Assembly (NCBI GenBank): GCA_951406725.2
Contig: OX597829.1
Location: 29,326,001 to 29,390,000, forward strand
DNA: 64,000 nucleotides
Direction: 5' to 3'
From: Octopus vulgaris
Taxonomy: Eukaryota
The notes under the pieces were generated by a model. That model was not told the DNA's origin. It saw only the letters and a program-made list of their open reading frames with translations, and did no database searches. Numbering within the stretch: position 1 is the stretch's first letter; each line of letters opens with the position of its first letter. Shown here piece after piece: positions 24,916-37,359 of this stretch. Position numbers and translations under genes: made by a program.

Positions 24916-24961
24916 CCACCTGATGAATGTCCTTAGAAGAGACACGAAACAATTGTAGTGG
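24916..24961 (+). ncRNA. Minimal type I hammerhead ribozyme motif
   Basis: CCAC-CTGATGA-ATGTC-CTTAGAAGA-GACAC-GAAAC-AATT-GTA-GTGG: stem I CCAC/GTGG, canonical core, stem II TGTC/GACA, palindromic stem III ACAATTGT, GUA site. Confidence 0.82.
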
Positions 24962-25080
24962 CGAATTTAATATTATTTAATTTATATAAAATTTTTTATG
25001 TATTGGATTAAGTCTTTCTTTGTTTGATTTGCATAATAGTGGTTTTGTCTCTAATTAATATTATATATATATATATATAT

Positions 25081-26214
25081 GCAGCATTCAACTCTGCCAA
25101 TCATGACACCCTCTTGAAGGTCATGCAGGCAGATGGTATCCCACCTAAACTTCTCAATCTTATCAAAGCTTATTACTGCTCAACAAGATCCCGTGTATGG
25201 TGAAGTATCGGAACCCTTTGAAATATGGTCTGGCGTTCAGCAGAGATGTGTTCTTTCGCCAACTCTTTTCAATTATGCCATCGACTGGTTCACCACAAAT
25301 GCATTAAGGGAGTTCCCCGGCATCACTGTTGGTCACAACTTTTCCGACAAGGATCTAGACTACGCAGATGACATTGCGATACTTGGTGAAACATTTGCTG
25401 ACATCCAGTTTGCTATTAATGAGCTCCAGCATGTTGCATCGCAGATTGGTATAAAAGTCAAGGCCTTGAAGACCAAAATCCTCACAGCCGGCTTTGCCCC
25501 ACCAGACAAAATACCCATTGTCCTCAATGGTGATATTCTCGAAGAGGTTGAGAGTTTCAAATACCTTGGTGCCATCATTATATCTACAGATCAAGGTGAG
25601 GCTGACATTAAAATACGAATTGACCTCGCTTGCCAAACCTTCAACCGACTCAATGCATGACTCTGGTCAAGATCTGAGATCTGACGCACCACCAAAGTAT
25701 GGATCTACCAAGCACTAGTGCGAATGATTCTCCTTTATGGCAGCAAGTCATGGCCAATGAGGGTGGAACATATTAAGTGACTAGAATCCTTTGATCACCT
25801 CTGTCTATGCCACATCCTTCGTGTCCAATGGCATCACTTTGTCTCCAACAATTCGGTGTGACACCAGTGCAGAATCACCTTCCTCTGACAAGTCATCCTA
25901 ACGAGACGTCTGCATTGGCTGTGTCATGCCCTCCGTCATCAACCAGGAGAATTCATCTACGAAGCAATTGCCCCAGCTCCCCTTCAGGGTTGGCAAAAGT
26001 GATGTGGTGGACAACGAAAAACCTGGCTGATGATAGTCAAGGCTGATCTGGAATCCAACCTAGGCTCCCACTGGAATAAGGAGTGGTTGGAGATCACGCG
26101 GTCATTAGCCTCAAATCGCCAGGCCTGGTCGGCGTTTGTGAGAGATGCAGCATTGAGGATGAATGAAGCCAGCTCAACCCACCCCAGGTGAATGCTGTTT
26201 CAAGTCAAGTCAAG

Positions 26215-26217
<3 letters not shown>
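25081..26217 (+). mobile_element. 5'-truncated RTE-clade LINE with (CAAGT)n tail
   Basis: GVQQRCVLSPTLFN, DLDYADDI, VESFKYLG; several stops; tail CAAGTCAAGTCAAGTCA; (TA)n on both sides. Confidence 0.85.
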
Positions 26218-26247
<30 letters not shown>

Positions 26248-26248
<1 letters not shown>

Positions 26249-26622
26249 TAGCAGTATTGCCCGGCATTGCTCAGGCTTGCTTCGACCCTCTAGAATTGGA
26301 ATTTTTGAAAAGTAAAAATTTTGCATTATGTAGCTTGTTATTCTTTTTAAGTGAACATTTTTCTGGTTGAAACACACCAAAAAATGGCGACACGGCAGTA
26401 AAAAAATCATAAAAAATAGGGATTTTCATAGAAAAAAAGCACCTTTTTGATGTAAATAATTTTTGGTCTTAACATGGTCCAATTTGAATCTTTTCTTCTA
26501 CGGAATGAAGAGCAAGCCTTCGTCTATCATACTCTCAATTTTGGTCAACTTGTGCTGCAGGGTCTCGGGGAAGATAGTGTTAGTTGAAGGCTACGAAACC
26601 TGCCACACACAGACAACTTCAG

Positions 26623-26640
<18 letters not shown>
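26248..26640 (-). mobile_element. Non-autonomous Helitron
   Basis: 3' end CCTGAGCAATGCCGGGCAATACTGCTAG|T; 5' end TATATAAAGCTGAAGTTGTCTG merges into (TA)n; termini similar to 51871-52273. Confidence 0.7.
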
Positions 26641-26660
<20 letters not shown>

Positions 26661-26665
<5 letters not shown>

Positions 26666-28155
26666 CCTGTTCGATCTGTAGAAAAGGTGTAGGTAGAAAC
26701 TCTATAAGATGTACCCAGTGTAAGCTATGGACACATAAGAGGTGCAGCAATGTCAAAGGTAGGCTAACTGGGAAGATAGTTTTTGTATGTGGCAGATGCT
26801 CGGGAGCATTGACCTCCGAAAATCTGCAGAAAACAACTTCCGTCACTTTCCAGGGGGAAAAACTAGAAGTAGTTGATAGCTTCCGTTATCTAGGTGACCA
26901 AGTCAGTAGTGGGGGTGGGTGTGCTGAAAGTGTAACTGCTAGAATAAGAATAGCCTGGGCAAAGTTTAGGGAGCTCTTACCTCTGCTGGTGACTAAAGGC
27001 CTCTCGCTCAGAGTAAAAGGCAGACTGTATGATGCATGTGTACGAACTGCCATGCTACATGGCAGTGAAACATGGGCTGTGACTGCTGAGGACATGCGTA
27101 AGCTCATGAGGAATGAAGCCAGTATGCTCCGATGGATGTGTAATGTCAGTGTACTTACTCGACAGAGCGTTAGTACCTTGAGAGAAATGTTGTACCTAAG
27201 AAGCATCAGTTGTGGTGTGCAAGAGAGACGATTGCACTGGTATGGTCATGTGGCGAGAATGGATGAAGATAGGTGTGTGAGAAAGTGCCAATCCCTAGCA
27301 GTTGAGGGAACCCGTGGAAGAGGTAGACCCAGGAAAACCTGGGACAAGGTGGTGAAGCACGACCTTCGAACTTTAGGTCTCACCATGGAAATGACTAGAG
27401 ACCGAGACCTATGGAAGTATGCTGTGCGTGAGAAGACCCGGCAAGACTAGTGAAGCCATAACCCGTGGCCCCTACCTGGGACGTAGTCAGTCCACCTGTG
27501 CATACCTTCCTTCTTGTGACACTTGTGAAGACCTGTTGAGGCAAGTGAAAATCAAATCAAACCAAATCAAAATAGATGAACATCAATGGAATTTGTATCT
27601 TTGTGGTACCAGTGCTGGTGGCACATAAGAAAACCATCCGAACATGGCCGTAGCCAGTACCGCATTGACTGGCCTCTGTGCTGTGGGCACGTAACAAACA
27701 CCATCCGATCGTGGCCGTTCACCAGCCTTGTCTGGCACCTGTGTCGGTGGCACATAAAAAACACCATCCGAGCGTGGCTGTCTGCCAACCTTGTCTGGCA
27801 CCTGTGTCGGTGACACATAAAAAACACCATCCAAGCGTGGCCGTCTGCTACCTGTGTCGGTGGCACATAAAAAACACCATCCGAGCGTGGCCGTCTGCTA
27901 CCTGTGTCGGTGGCACATAAAAAACACCATCCAAGCGTGGCCGTTCGCCAGCCTTGTCTGGCACCTGTGTCGGTGGCACATAAAATCACCCACTACACTC
28001 TCGGAGTGGTTGGCGTTAGGAAGGGCATCCAGCTGTAGAAACACTGCCAGATCTGACTGGCCTGGTGCAGCCTTCAGGCTCCCCAGATCCCAGTTGAACC
28101 GTCCAACCCATGCTAGCATGGAAAGCGGACGTTAAACGATGATGATGATGATGAT
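26661..28155 (+). mobile_element. 5'-truncated RTE LINE copy 1 (open C-terminal ORF to 27450, repeat-containing 3'UTR, (GAT)n tail)
   Basis: C4HC3 finger, VDSFRYLG, RLHWYGHV, RGRGRPRKTW; CCATGCTAGCATGG hairpin before the tail. Confidence 0.9.
27618..27985 (+). repeat. Minisatellite (~7 units of 50-66 bp) in the LINE 3'UTR
   Basis: Recurrent GTGGCACATAAAAAACACCATCCGAGCGTGGCCG...CCTGTGTCG. Confidence 0.85.
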
Positions 28156-28159
28156 GGTG

Positions 28160-29986
28160 ATGTCAGGGAAAATCACCACTGATGCTATATTTCTGGTAAG
28201 ACAGTTGCAGGAGAAATATCTAGCCAAAGATAAACCTCTGTACCTGGCTTTCGTTGACATGGAGAAAGCCTTTGACAGGGTTCCCCGATCCCTTATTTGG
28301 TGGTCAATGAGGAAACTAGGGATTAATGAATGGTTAGTGAGAGCTGTGCAAGCCATGTACAGGGACGCTGTCAGTAAGGTGAGGGTTGGCAACAAGTACA
28401 GTGAAGAATTCAGAGTAGAGGTAGGGGTCCACCAAGGTTCAGTCCTCAGCCCCCCCCTCCTATTTATCATAGTCCTCCAGGCAATAACGGAGGAATTCAA
28501 GACAGGATGTCCCTGGGAACCTTTCTATGCTGATGACTTTGCTCTAATTGCTGAGTCACTATCAAAACTAGAGGAAAAGTTGCAGGTGTGGAAACAAGGA
28601 TTAGAATTGAAGAGCCTTAGAGTCAACCTAGCTAAAACCAAAGTTCTAATAAGTAAGAAGGAAGACAAACCACAAATCCCTTCAGGTAGATGGCCTTGCT
28701 CGATCTGTAGAAAAGGCGTAGGTAGAAACTCTATAAGATGCACCAAGTGTAAGCTATGGACACATAAGAGGTGCAGCAATATTAAAGGAAGGCTAACTAG
28801 GAAGATAGTTTTTGTATGTGGCAGATGCTCAGCAGCTATAAACACTGAAAATGTGCAGAGAACAACTTCCGCCACATTCCAGGCAGAAAAACTAGAAGTA
28901 GTTGATAGCTTCCATTACCTAGGTGACCAAGTCAGTAGTGGGGGAGGGTGCACTGAAAGTGTAGCTGCAAGAATAAGAATAACCTGGGCTAAGTTCAGAG
29001 AGCTCTTACCTCTGTTAGTGACAAAGGGCCTCTCGCTCAGAGTAAAAGGTAGACTGTATGATGCATGTGTATGAACAGCCATCTACATGGCAGTGAAACA
29101 TGGGCCATGACTGCTGAGTATATGCATAAGCTTTCAAGGAATGAAGCCAGTATGGACCTAAGAAGCATCAGATGTAGTGTGCAAGAGAGACAACTGCGCT
29201 GGTATGGTCATGTGGTGAGAATGGATGAGGATAGCTGTGTGAAAAAGTGCCACACCCTAGTGGTTGAGGGAACCTGTGGAAGAAGTAGACCCAGGAAGAC
29301 CTGGAATGAAGTGGTGAAGCATGACCTTTGAACTTTAGGCCACACTGAGGCAATGACTAGTGACGGAGACCTTTGGAAATATGCAGTGTGTGAGAAGACC
29401 CACAAGCCAAGTGAGACCATGACCCATGAACTATGCCAGGGGTGTAACCAGCCCACTTATGCTTACCTTTCCTTCAGTGGTCACTAAACTCTGCTTGCAG
29501 AGATCTGTTGAGGCAAGTGAAATTGAAATCAAATCAAATTTACAAAGTCAACGACTGGCACCTGTGCCAGTTGAGCGCCAAGATCATCATCCGAGCGTGA
29601 TCGCTGCCAGAGCAGCTGACTGGTTTCTATGCTGGTGGCATGTAAAAAGCACCATTCAAACATGATCGTTACCAGCATCACCTTACTAGCACAAGAAACA
29701 TTCGAGTGAGGTCGTTGCCTGTGCTGCTGGACTGGCTCCTGTGCAGGTGGCATGTAAAAAACACAACTTGAGCGTGTCCATTGCCTGTACCACCTGAACG
29801 GCTCTCGTGTCGGTGGCACAAAAAAGCACCCACTACATGCTCGGAGTGGTTGGCGTTAGAAAGGGCATCTAGCTATAGAAACTGCCATACCAGATTGGAG
29901 CCTGGTGCAGCCATCTGGTTCACCAGTTCTCTGTCAAATTGTTCAACCCATGCTAGCATGGAAAACGGACGTTAAACGATGATGAT
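28160..29986 (+). mobile_element. 5'-truncated RTE LINE copy 2, head-to-tail with copy 1
   Basis: TTDAIFLVRQLQEK, FVDMEKAFDRV, GVHQGSVLSP, YADD, PHD-like insert; stop at 29072-29074, internal deletion, (GAT)n tail. Confidence 0.9.
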
Positions 29987-30000
29987 ATATATATATATAA

Positions 30001-30480
30001 TCTATTATATAAAATCTGCTCTGTCTGTCTGTGTGTGTGTCATCTAAGATCTTGGGCGTCCTCCATCTGATTGCGCTCAAATTTGATATGTAGATACCGA
30101 CGGTATCAGGGCGTGTATAAGTCTTGAAAAAATGAGAAAAATCGATTTCAGGTGAGAATGTGATCGATAAAGCCGTGGGATCTTGCATTTGTACGCGCAA
30201 GTACATCAGCTGTTGTGATCGATACTATGTGTGCTCGAGAAAAATGCACGTGCAGCTTGCGCAAAAAAAGCCGGCTGGCTTGAAATAATGCCACAAAATG
30301 CAGTATATTTAAGAGACCACAAAAGTAAGATGCAAAAGAGATATTTTCTTCAAACTTGGCATGAAGGAAGGAAAAACTATTTGGTTTCTCAAGAAGTCTT
30401 TTTTTTTTTTGCCTTAACTTTGTTTAACAAAACCAAAAATTTTATTGAAATAAAGGCATGCTTAATTATTTTCTAATGAC
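30001..30480 (+). mobile_element. Probable Helitron 5' portion
   Basis: A|TCTATTATATAAAA followed by (CTGT)n, like the other Helitron 5' ends; no 3' hairpin-CTAG seen. Confidence 0.45.
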
Positions 30481-30783
30481 AAGAAAACACATTTCTTTCC
30501 TGCCAAGCTTACTGTTTAAACCATGTTTGTGTTCTCCCAGTCAACAGCCTTATCATTACTGGTACTTTAAACTCTTCAGTTGCATATTTGTGTGAATAAA
30601 ATCGTTTTTCTTTGGAATAGAAAAAAAGTCTATCTTTATTTCTTTTGCTGGTGTCTCAAATTTAGGTTAAATCAGTGTTTCTCAAAGGGGAGGCCTATGG
30701 GACGGTCGGACAAGTTGCTTTGAGAAAATTTGGTTTAAATGTTTGACAACTCAGCACCGTCCATTGCATGGGGAGGGGAGGTG

Positions 30784-30825
<42 letters not shown>

Positions 30826-30846
30826 TACATATATATATATACACAC

Positions 30847-30877
<31 letters not shown>

Positions 30878-30910
30878 TACATATATATATGTTATTTATT
30901 CTGTAAATAA

Positions 30911-31299
30911 TAATAATAGTATTTTATAAGCTTAAAGCTTATAGTTACCGCGCAATAACTAAAGAAAATAGTCTAATAATGGGGCATAGAAGCCCTCAAC
31001 AGAAAAAAGTAGGTTTTTCCCTATGCATGAGAATTGCAGTAAAAGCACATAAAAGTTTGTTTACAAAAACGACTACAAACTAATTATAGTTCTTAAATCT
31101 GACAGAAAAAAAAGCAGGTAGGTTCGCTGGTGTTAATTGGTAGCATAGTTTGTTGTGTAAACAAAGAGGTTTGGGTTCGAGTTTCACGCATACAGGAAAG
31201 CCTACTTTTCTGTTGAGGGCTTATATGCCCCATTATTAGTCTATTTTCTTTAGTCACTGCATTGTGAGATTGCTATAAGCTTATAAAATACTATTATTA
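30911..31299. mobile_element. Foldback/MITE with ~120-bp imperfect TIRs
   Basis: TAATAATAGTATTTTATAAGCTTA..AATAATGGGGCATA..GCCCTCAACAGAAAA mirrored at 31180-31299. Confidence 0.8.
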
Positions 31300-32241
31300 A
31301 CATATATTTATATACACAAGGGATCAATGTTACTATAGAGTAGTAAAGTCATTGGATTTACATATAGAATCATTAGAATACTGAGCAAAATGCCTCGAGA
31401 TATTTAGTTCACAGTTCAAATCCTGCTGAGACATCTTTGCTTTGATATTGTAGGTAAGTGTCAGACAAAATAGTTTGTAGCATTTAGTTATGGCCCTTTA
31501 CCTTCTGATTTCAAATCCCTCCAAGGTAAATTTTTGCCTTTCATCCTTCTGGGAGTGGTGGAAATAAAACAAAGTGCAAATGAAATCAACATAAATTGAC
31601 TGCTCTGAGGCACTATGCTTTTGTACATTCATTTAACATGCAAGCCACCATATAAAAAGTGCCCAGTACACTCTGTAAAGTGGTTGGCATTAGGAAGGGG
31701 ATCCAGCCAGAGAAACCTTGCCAAAATAGATGACTGGAGCCTGGTGCAACATACCAACAATGTTTCCTTACTACTTTCTAATGGTATCACAAAGAGACTC
31801 TTGCTAAGCTTAAGATTTCTTCAACAATATACTTCCCAACCACTTTATTCCAGGTGAAGTCTCATTGGGTGAACCTTAGGCGAGTGTCTTCTACTAAAGC
31901 CTCAGACTGATAAAGCCATGTGGGTGGACGTGGTAAGATGAAAACAAAAAGGAGCCTGTTATATATGTATGTGTGTGTGTGTCCTGCACCACTGCTTGAC
32001 AACTGATGTTGGTATGTTTAAGTCCTCGTAACCAAAAATTCTTCAGGGTGGTGCCTCAGTCTAGTAACTGAAACAAGTAAAAGATATACAGGAATTCTAA
32101 TAGCAAAATAACAATGTTTATTTGCCCAGTACAACAGTGATGTTTTTTTCATAATAGCTAATTTATTGATGGCTGTGTGGTTAAGAAATTTGCTTTCCAG
32201 CTACATGGTTTTGGGTTCTGCTCCATGCTGTGGTACCTAAG

Positions 32242-33672
32242 CACATTGTGCCCAGAGTGGGAATTTATTATTATTTGGAAGTTTTCCCCAGATGTTTAAA
32301 ATGTACATTTCCTGGTTCTCTAAACTCAAGAGATTACAAAGCAAAAATACTTGAATTTAAAATAATGTATGGTCCAATTTTTATAGCACTTTAAAGTCAG
32401 CCAATTTAATGAAATTCACTTTTAAAAAAAAAAAAAAAATTTTTTTTAGTATTATAAGATTGAACATATTTTCTTTCACAAAAAAGCTTTTTACCCATGA
32501 ATTTATTTAGAAGCATTTTTTTTTATTGTCTTTCAGTCAAGCTACAGCTTAGAGCACATAGGCCAACATAAATTTGAGAAAGTAGGGCATGCATGAAAAA
32601 TATACAAATTTTTGGTAAAACCCCCTGAAACTTGATAATTTTATTTTAAATGACGAATTTTGACATATTAAGGGCTAACATATTTGACATCTTCAACATT
32701 TTATGTAAACTGTGGGAAAAAAAAAATCAGTTCAAAGGGGTTAAAAGGCCAAACAGAAAGTATAATTCCAATTTGGGTGCCAAACATTAAAACCAACCAA
32801 AATTGGATAAAATCGGTAGTTATATACCCCCAACGTAATTAAACAGGTATAAAAAAAGGAAGAATAAAATGGACTCAAAACCTAATAAATTTCTTGAAAT
32901 AATTGATCTTAAATGCACTATTTTTGGTATTTAGCCTATTTTATGGGGTAAAAATCTGATTAGGTAGGTTAGATTCTGGCTTGGAGGATTTTGCCTTGCT
33001 TACACTGAAATTGAAGAAGGGCCAAAACACAAGATAACAAAAGGAAAATATTCCCAACAAATCCTTGGATTGAAACGTTACCATTGTCTACCCCACCCAA
33101 GAAGAAAAATACAATGATCCCCACCCATGATTCACAAAGAAAATCAGAATCATTTGCACTAAATTGTGAAAACTGACCACTTATTCACAATGCCAAACAA
33201 TAAATATGCGTAACAAGGACCAGTCAGTAATATAAGTAATTTGATTCTTAATTGTTCTCTCAAAGCAGACACCTTTTGGTGTTTTGAAGAATGAGCTGTG
33301 TGACCAACTTCACCACAAACAGAACAACTTGGGCTAGGACGTTTCAAAGCAATTGTTGTATGCAACATGATGGACATTCTTCTGAAGATGTCTTGGATGT
33401 TATCCTTGATTTCAATCAAGGATAACATCCATGACATCTTATCTTGCAGATAATCATTTTTAACTGCAATACACCAAAAAAACAGCAATTTTGGTCAATA
33501 TGCCCTGATTTAGTTATTTGAACCTAGACCCCCATAAAAAAGAAACAAATAATTTTGGTTCTCTCTGATAGCCCTTAAAATTGTGGTTCAAACAAACCCT
33601 CAACCACTACCACGTGATTATTTTAACTTGAGATATGATTTTCCCTGAATTAGCCAATCTGGGCACAATGTG
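32242..33672 (-). mobile_element. Non-autonomous Transib/RAG1-like DNA transposon inserted in a SINE
   Basis: TIR CACATTGTGCCCAGA (15/15; 18/19 extended); 5-bp TSD CTAAG/CTTAG; host SINE resumes on both sides; transposase-like C-terminal remnant inside. Confidence 0.7.
33279..33410 (-). pseudogene. Transposase C-terminal remnant (Transib/RAG1L-like terminal helix plus CxxCxxxGH tail)
   Basis: IKDNIQDIFRRMSIMLHTTIALKRPSPSCSVCGEVGHTAHSSKH. Confidence 0.55.
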
Positions 33673-34831
33673 CTTAGGCAAGTGTCTTCTGTTATAGCCC
33701 TGTGCAGACCAAGGGCTTGTTAATGGATTTGGTAGATGGAGACTCAGACAAGCATGTCAAATGCGTGTGTCTCCCTCCTTGTCTTGACATTCTATTTTAA
33801 CTGTAAACAAGCAGTGTTATTCATCCTGTGAAACATGTCTGGTCATGAGGAGATAGTATTTTGCTTGGAAACAAGATGAGCATCTGGATGCAGAAAAACT
33901 GTCTTGATTAACTTAGTCTAACCCATGCAAGCATGGAAAAGTGGACATAATATAAGGGTGATGACAAGCTCTTTCTTTTGGACCTCAAATCCTGATGGAT
34001 TTGTCAAGGCATTATCTATTATGGCATATGGTATGCCTAAGGCATTTTAGACCTGGAGGACTCCATCTTTCACAAGGTTTGAACAGAAGTTGGTTTTATT
34101 TAGAGAGAGATAGAGAAAAAAAAAAGTTGGCTGTAGCAGGATTTGAACTTAAGTGCAGAGAACTGGAAAGAATCTTGCAAGGCATGCATACTATGGAGAC
34201 TAACAACTTGCTGCTACATAGTAATATCTGGCTGGTAATTCGCAAAACTCATTGTGACCAATACATTAAAAAAAATTGAAGACATATATACAAAGAAATA
34301 ATTAAAAGGCAAATACAATACAGAATTATATATTTCATTTTATTGGCTTAATAAATAATCAAAACAGATGGGAAAGATAAAAAATAACATTTTTCAAAAG
34401 AAAAGGAAAAACAAAACAACAACCATACATTAGAGAAACAAAAATGATTAAAATTTGTTGATGTATATCATGAAGTCTATCTTGTAAAATATCTATTTAA
34501 AATTAAAATTATTTTTAATGCTGTTGTGTCACACTCAAAGCCAATTTCACAAAAACCATCTGCTAATATTTACAAGTGTGTGTATGTCTGTATGCGCATG
34601 TGTGAAACTAAAGAGAAAGAAAAAGAGAGTTATTTAGAAAAATTGAAAATAAACAAAAAATTTAAAGGACAAGATACTACCCAAACCCAAACTAAACAGT
34701 CCAAATGCAACTAAAAACAGTATTAGTTAACTACAAAACAGATAGACACTCATACATTTGGCTTTGAAAGAAAAAAATTAAAAAATGCTAAAGTTTTAAT
34801 ATACTTGCAGACTATTTATAAATTTGATGCC

Positions 34832-34883
<52 letters not shown>

Positions 34884-34884
34884 A

Positions 34885-34941
<57 letters not shown>

Positions 34942-35128
34942 CACACATGTAGATGTGTGTGTATATATACACACATACACACACACCTATATAAATATAT
35001 ATGCCTACACACACCAACATAAATGCATTAAATGATCAACTTCATTCATACACACATACATGTACACTGGAAGAGCCAATAAATTCTGGTTTAGTATACA
35101 AACACTAATGTTTTATATGCTGTGCTAA

Positions 35129-35175
<47 letters not shown>

Positions 35176-35434
35176 TGTTCTCTCATGTAGAAAACACTAG
35201 ACTGCACAATAAATTTTTACCTTTTAAGATTTCAGAATAATGCTGAATCTGACATATAATAAATTTTCTTTAAAAAAAAAAGAAGAAATCAAAAAACATA
35301 TCTAAATAAATAAAAGTTAGGAAGAATCCAATTTTAAATGTTTTTTTATTTTCATATTTTTTTAATACAAACTGATCAATTTTACTGGACCAAGAACATT
35401 TATTGAGCCAAATATAAAAAAGGCTCTTTGAATA

Positions 35435-35438
<4 letters not shown>

Positions 35439-35521
<83 letters not shown>
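35439..35521. repeat. (AG)n microsatellite, ~41 units
   Basis: Directly visible. Confidence 0.95.
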
Positions 35522-35524
<3 letters not shown>

Positions 35525-37359
35525 CATAATATCTTTGAATGTTTGATCTTAAAAAGATTTCAATCATGATGATTTTTCACATCGGCACAAGGACACAAAT
35601 TTGTAGGCAAGGGATATAGCCAACAGAATTATGTTATATATATATACATACATACATACATATATATACACACATATGTATATACATATACATATATATA
35701 TATAAACATATATGTATATACATATACATATATATATATATATACATATAAACATATATATATAAAAACATATACATATATATATAAACACACACACATA
35801 TATATATATATGTTTATATATATTTATATATCTCAATGACTGATACTTTATTTGGTCAACCCCAGAAGATTCAAACTCAGAATGTGAAGGAATGAAGCTA
35901 AATACTTTAACAAATTTAGTTTGATACTCTACCATTTTTGCCATTCCACTGTTCTATAAACAACCACCACCACCACCACCACAACAATTTCTTACATTGG
36001 CACAATGCTACAATTTTCTAGGTAAATATTTAGTAATAGTTTTAATACTAGTGGTAATAATAACAATAATCATTGATATTTAACAACATATGCTAATTAC
36101 TACCAATAAATATAATTTTATTTGCCAGAAGGATAGCAAAAGAAAATGTTTGAAAAGAAAAATACAAAAGAAGAAAAAGAAAGAAAAAATTGATGGCATA
36201 ATGTCAGAATGGGTACACAGATAAGCAGTTTCCATATACAGAAATGATTTGTTATTAATAACTGGTCTGCCTATAGATTTAATTTTTTTAAATTTTATAC
36301 ATTGTTATCAAAAAAACACAAAACTGTATAACACATTACTCAAGAGAATAAACTCACCAAAAACAGAAGACAACAGCAAAAGCAAAAGGTATTAACCAAA
36401 AGAAGGTGGAAGGGTGGGATGGGGGTGGGGGAATGTAAGTAATTTGAAAAAGCCATAGTAAAACATTAGTCAGGTAAACCAACTAAACCAGGTAAAAACC
36501 ATAATCATTTCTACCAAGCACCCAAGTTGCACAATCATATTAAAGAATAATTGGTGGGCAAAGAGTGATAATTGATAGCTATTCAAGGTTTTCATCACGC
36601 AAACAAAATATCTAAACATGATTTGCAAAGTGCAAGTTGTAGTTTATCCAGGCTTACATATTCAATCAATGTTGGATGTTCAACAAGTGTTAAATGTTTT
36701 GTTATGCTGTTAGTAATTGTAAACTGGTCCTTAATAACAAGTAAACAACATAACATTTTTGAATTGAAAACAAAAGCAAAAAAAAAAAAAAAAAAAGTGA
36801 TGTCATTTAAGGAAAAAAAAAAAGAATGTAATTAATTTACTCAAAAAATGATTAATTGGTATATGCAAAAACACACACATCCTGACAGAGAAAAAAATCT
36901 ATTTAAATATCATAATTTTATTTTTCATTTGATAAAATTATGAAATTTGATATTTGGCAATATAAAAAAAAAAATAAGAGAGAAAGAAAGAAAACTAAAT
37001 AAATAATAAACAGCACTTCACAAGGTAGTCATAAGACAACAACTCCACATACTGACATAAAATTTGTTTAAAAATAAATAAATAAAATTTGTTGAAAAAA
37101 AAGTTTGTCAGCAGTGTTTTCTGAAGAACATAAGGATTGAGGAAGGAGAAAGAAAGAGGCATATAGAGAATAAAAAGAGAGTTGGGAGGGAAGAAAACTT
37201 TAAACAATTGTTAAATCTAACCAATTTGTAGAATCACAACACACCACTATGCAAAGCCATTCCAGACATTCTGGCCACTATCCATGCTATATAGTAGGAA
37301 TATATATTCAATATATTGGAACTTTTCTGGGTTTGTGTTGAAATTGTTCTTACTGCAGC

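Larger units (their letters stand above)
24703..25067. repeat. Perfect inverted repeat (178-bp arms, 9-nt spacer), one hammerhead motif per arm
   Basis: 24703-24880 is the reverse complement of 24890-25067; embedded in (TA)n. Confidence 0.95.

Noticed and set aside
27618-27985. CRISPR-like repeat array
   Set aside because: Intervening sequences are themselves repeated, there are no cas genes, and the context is a eukaryotic LINE 3'UTR
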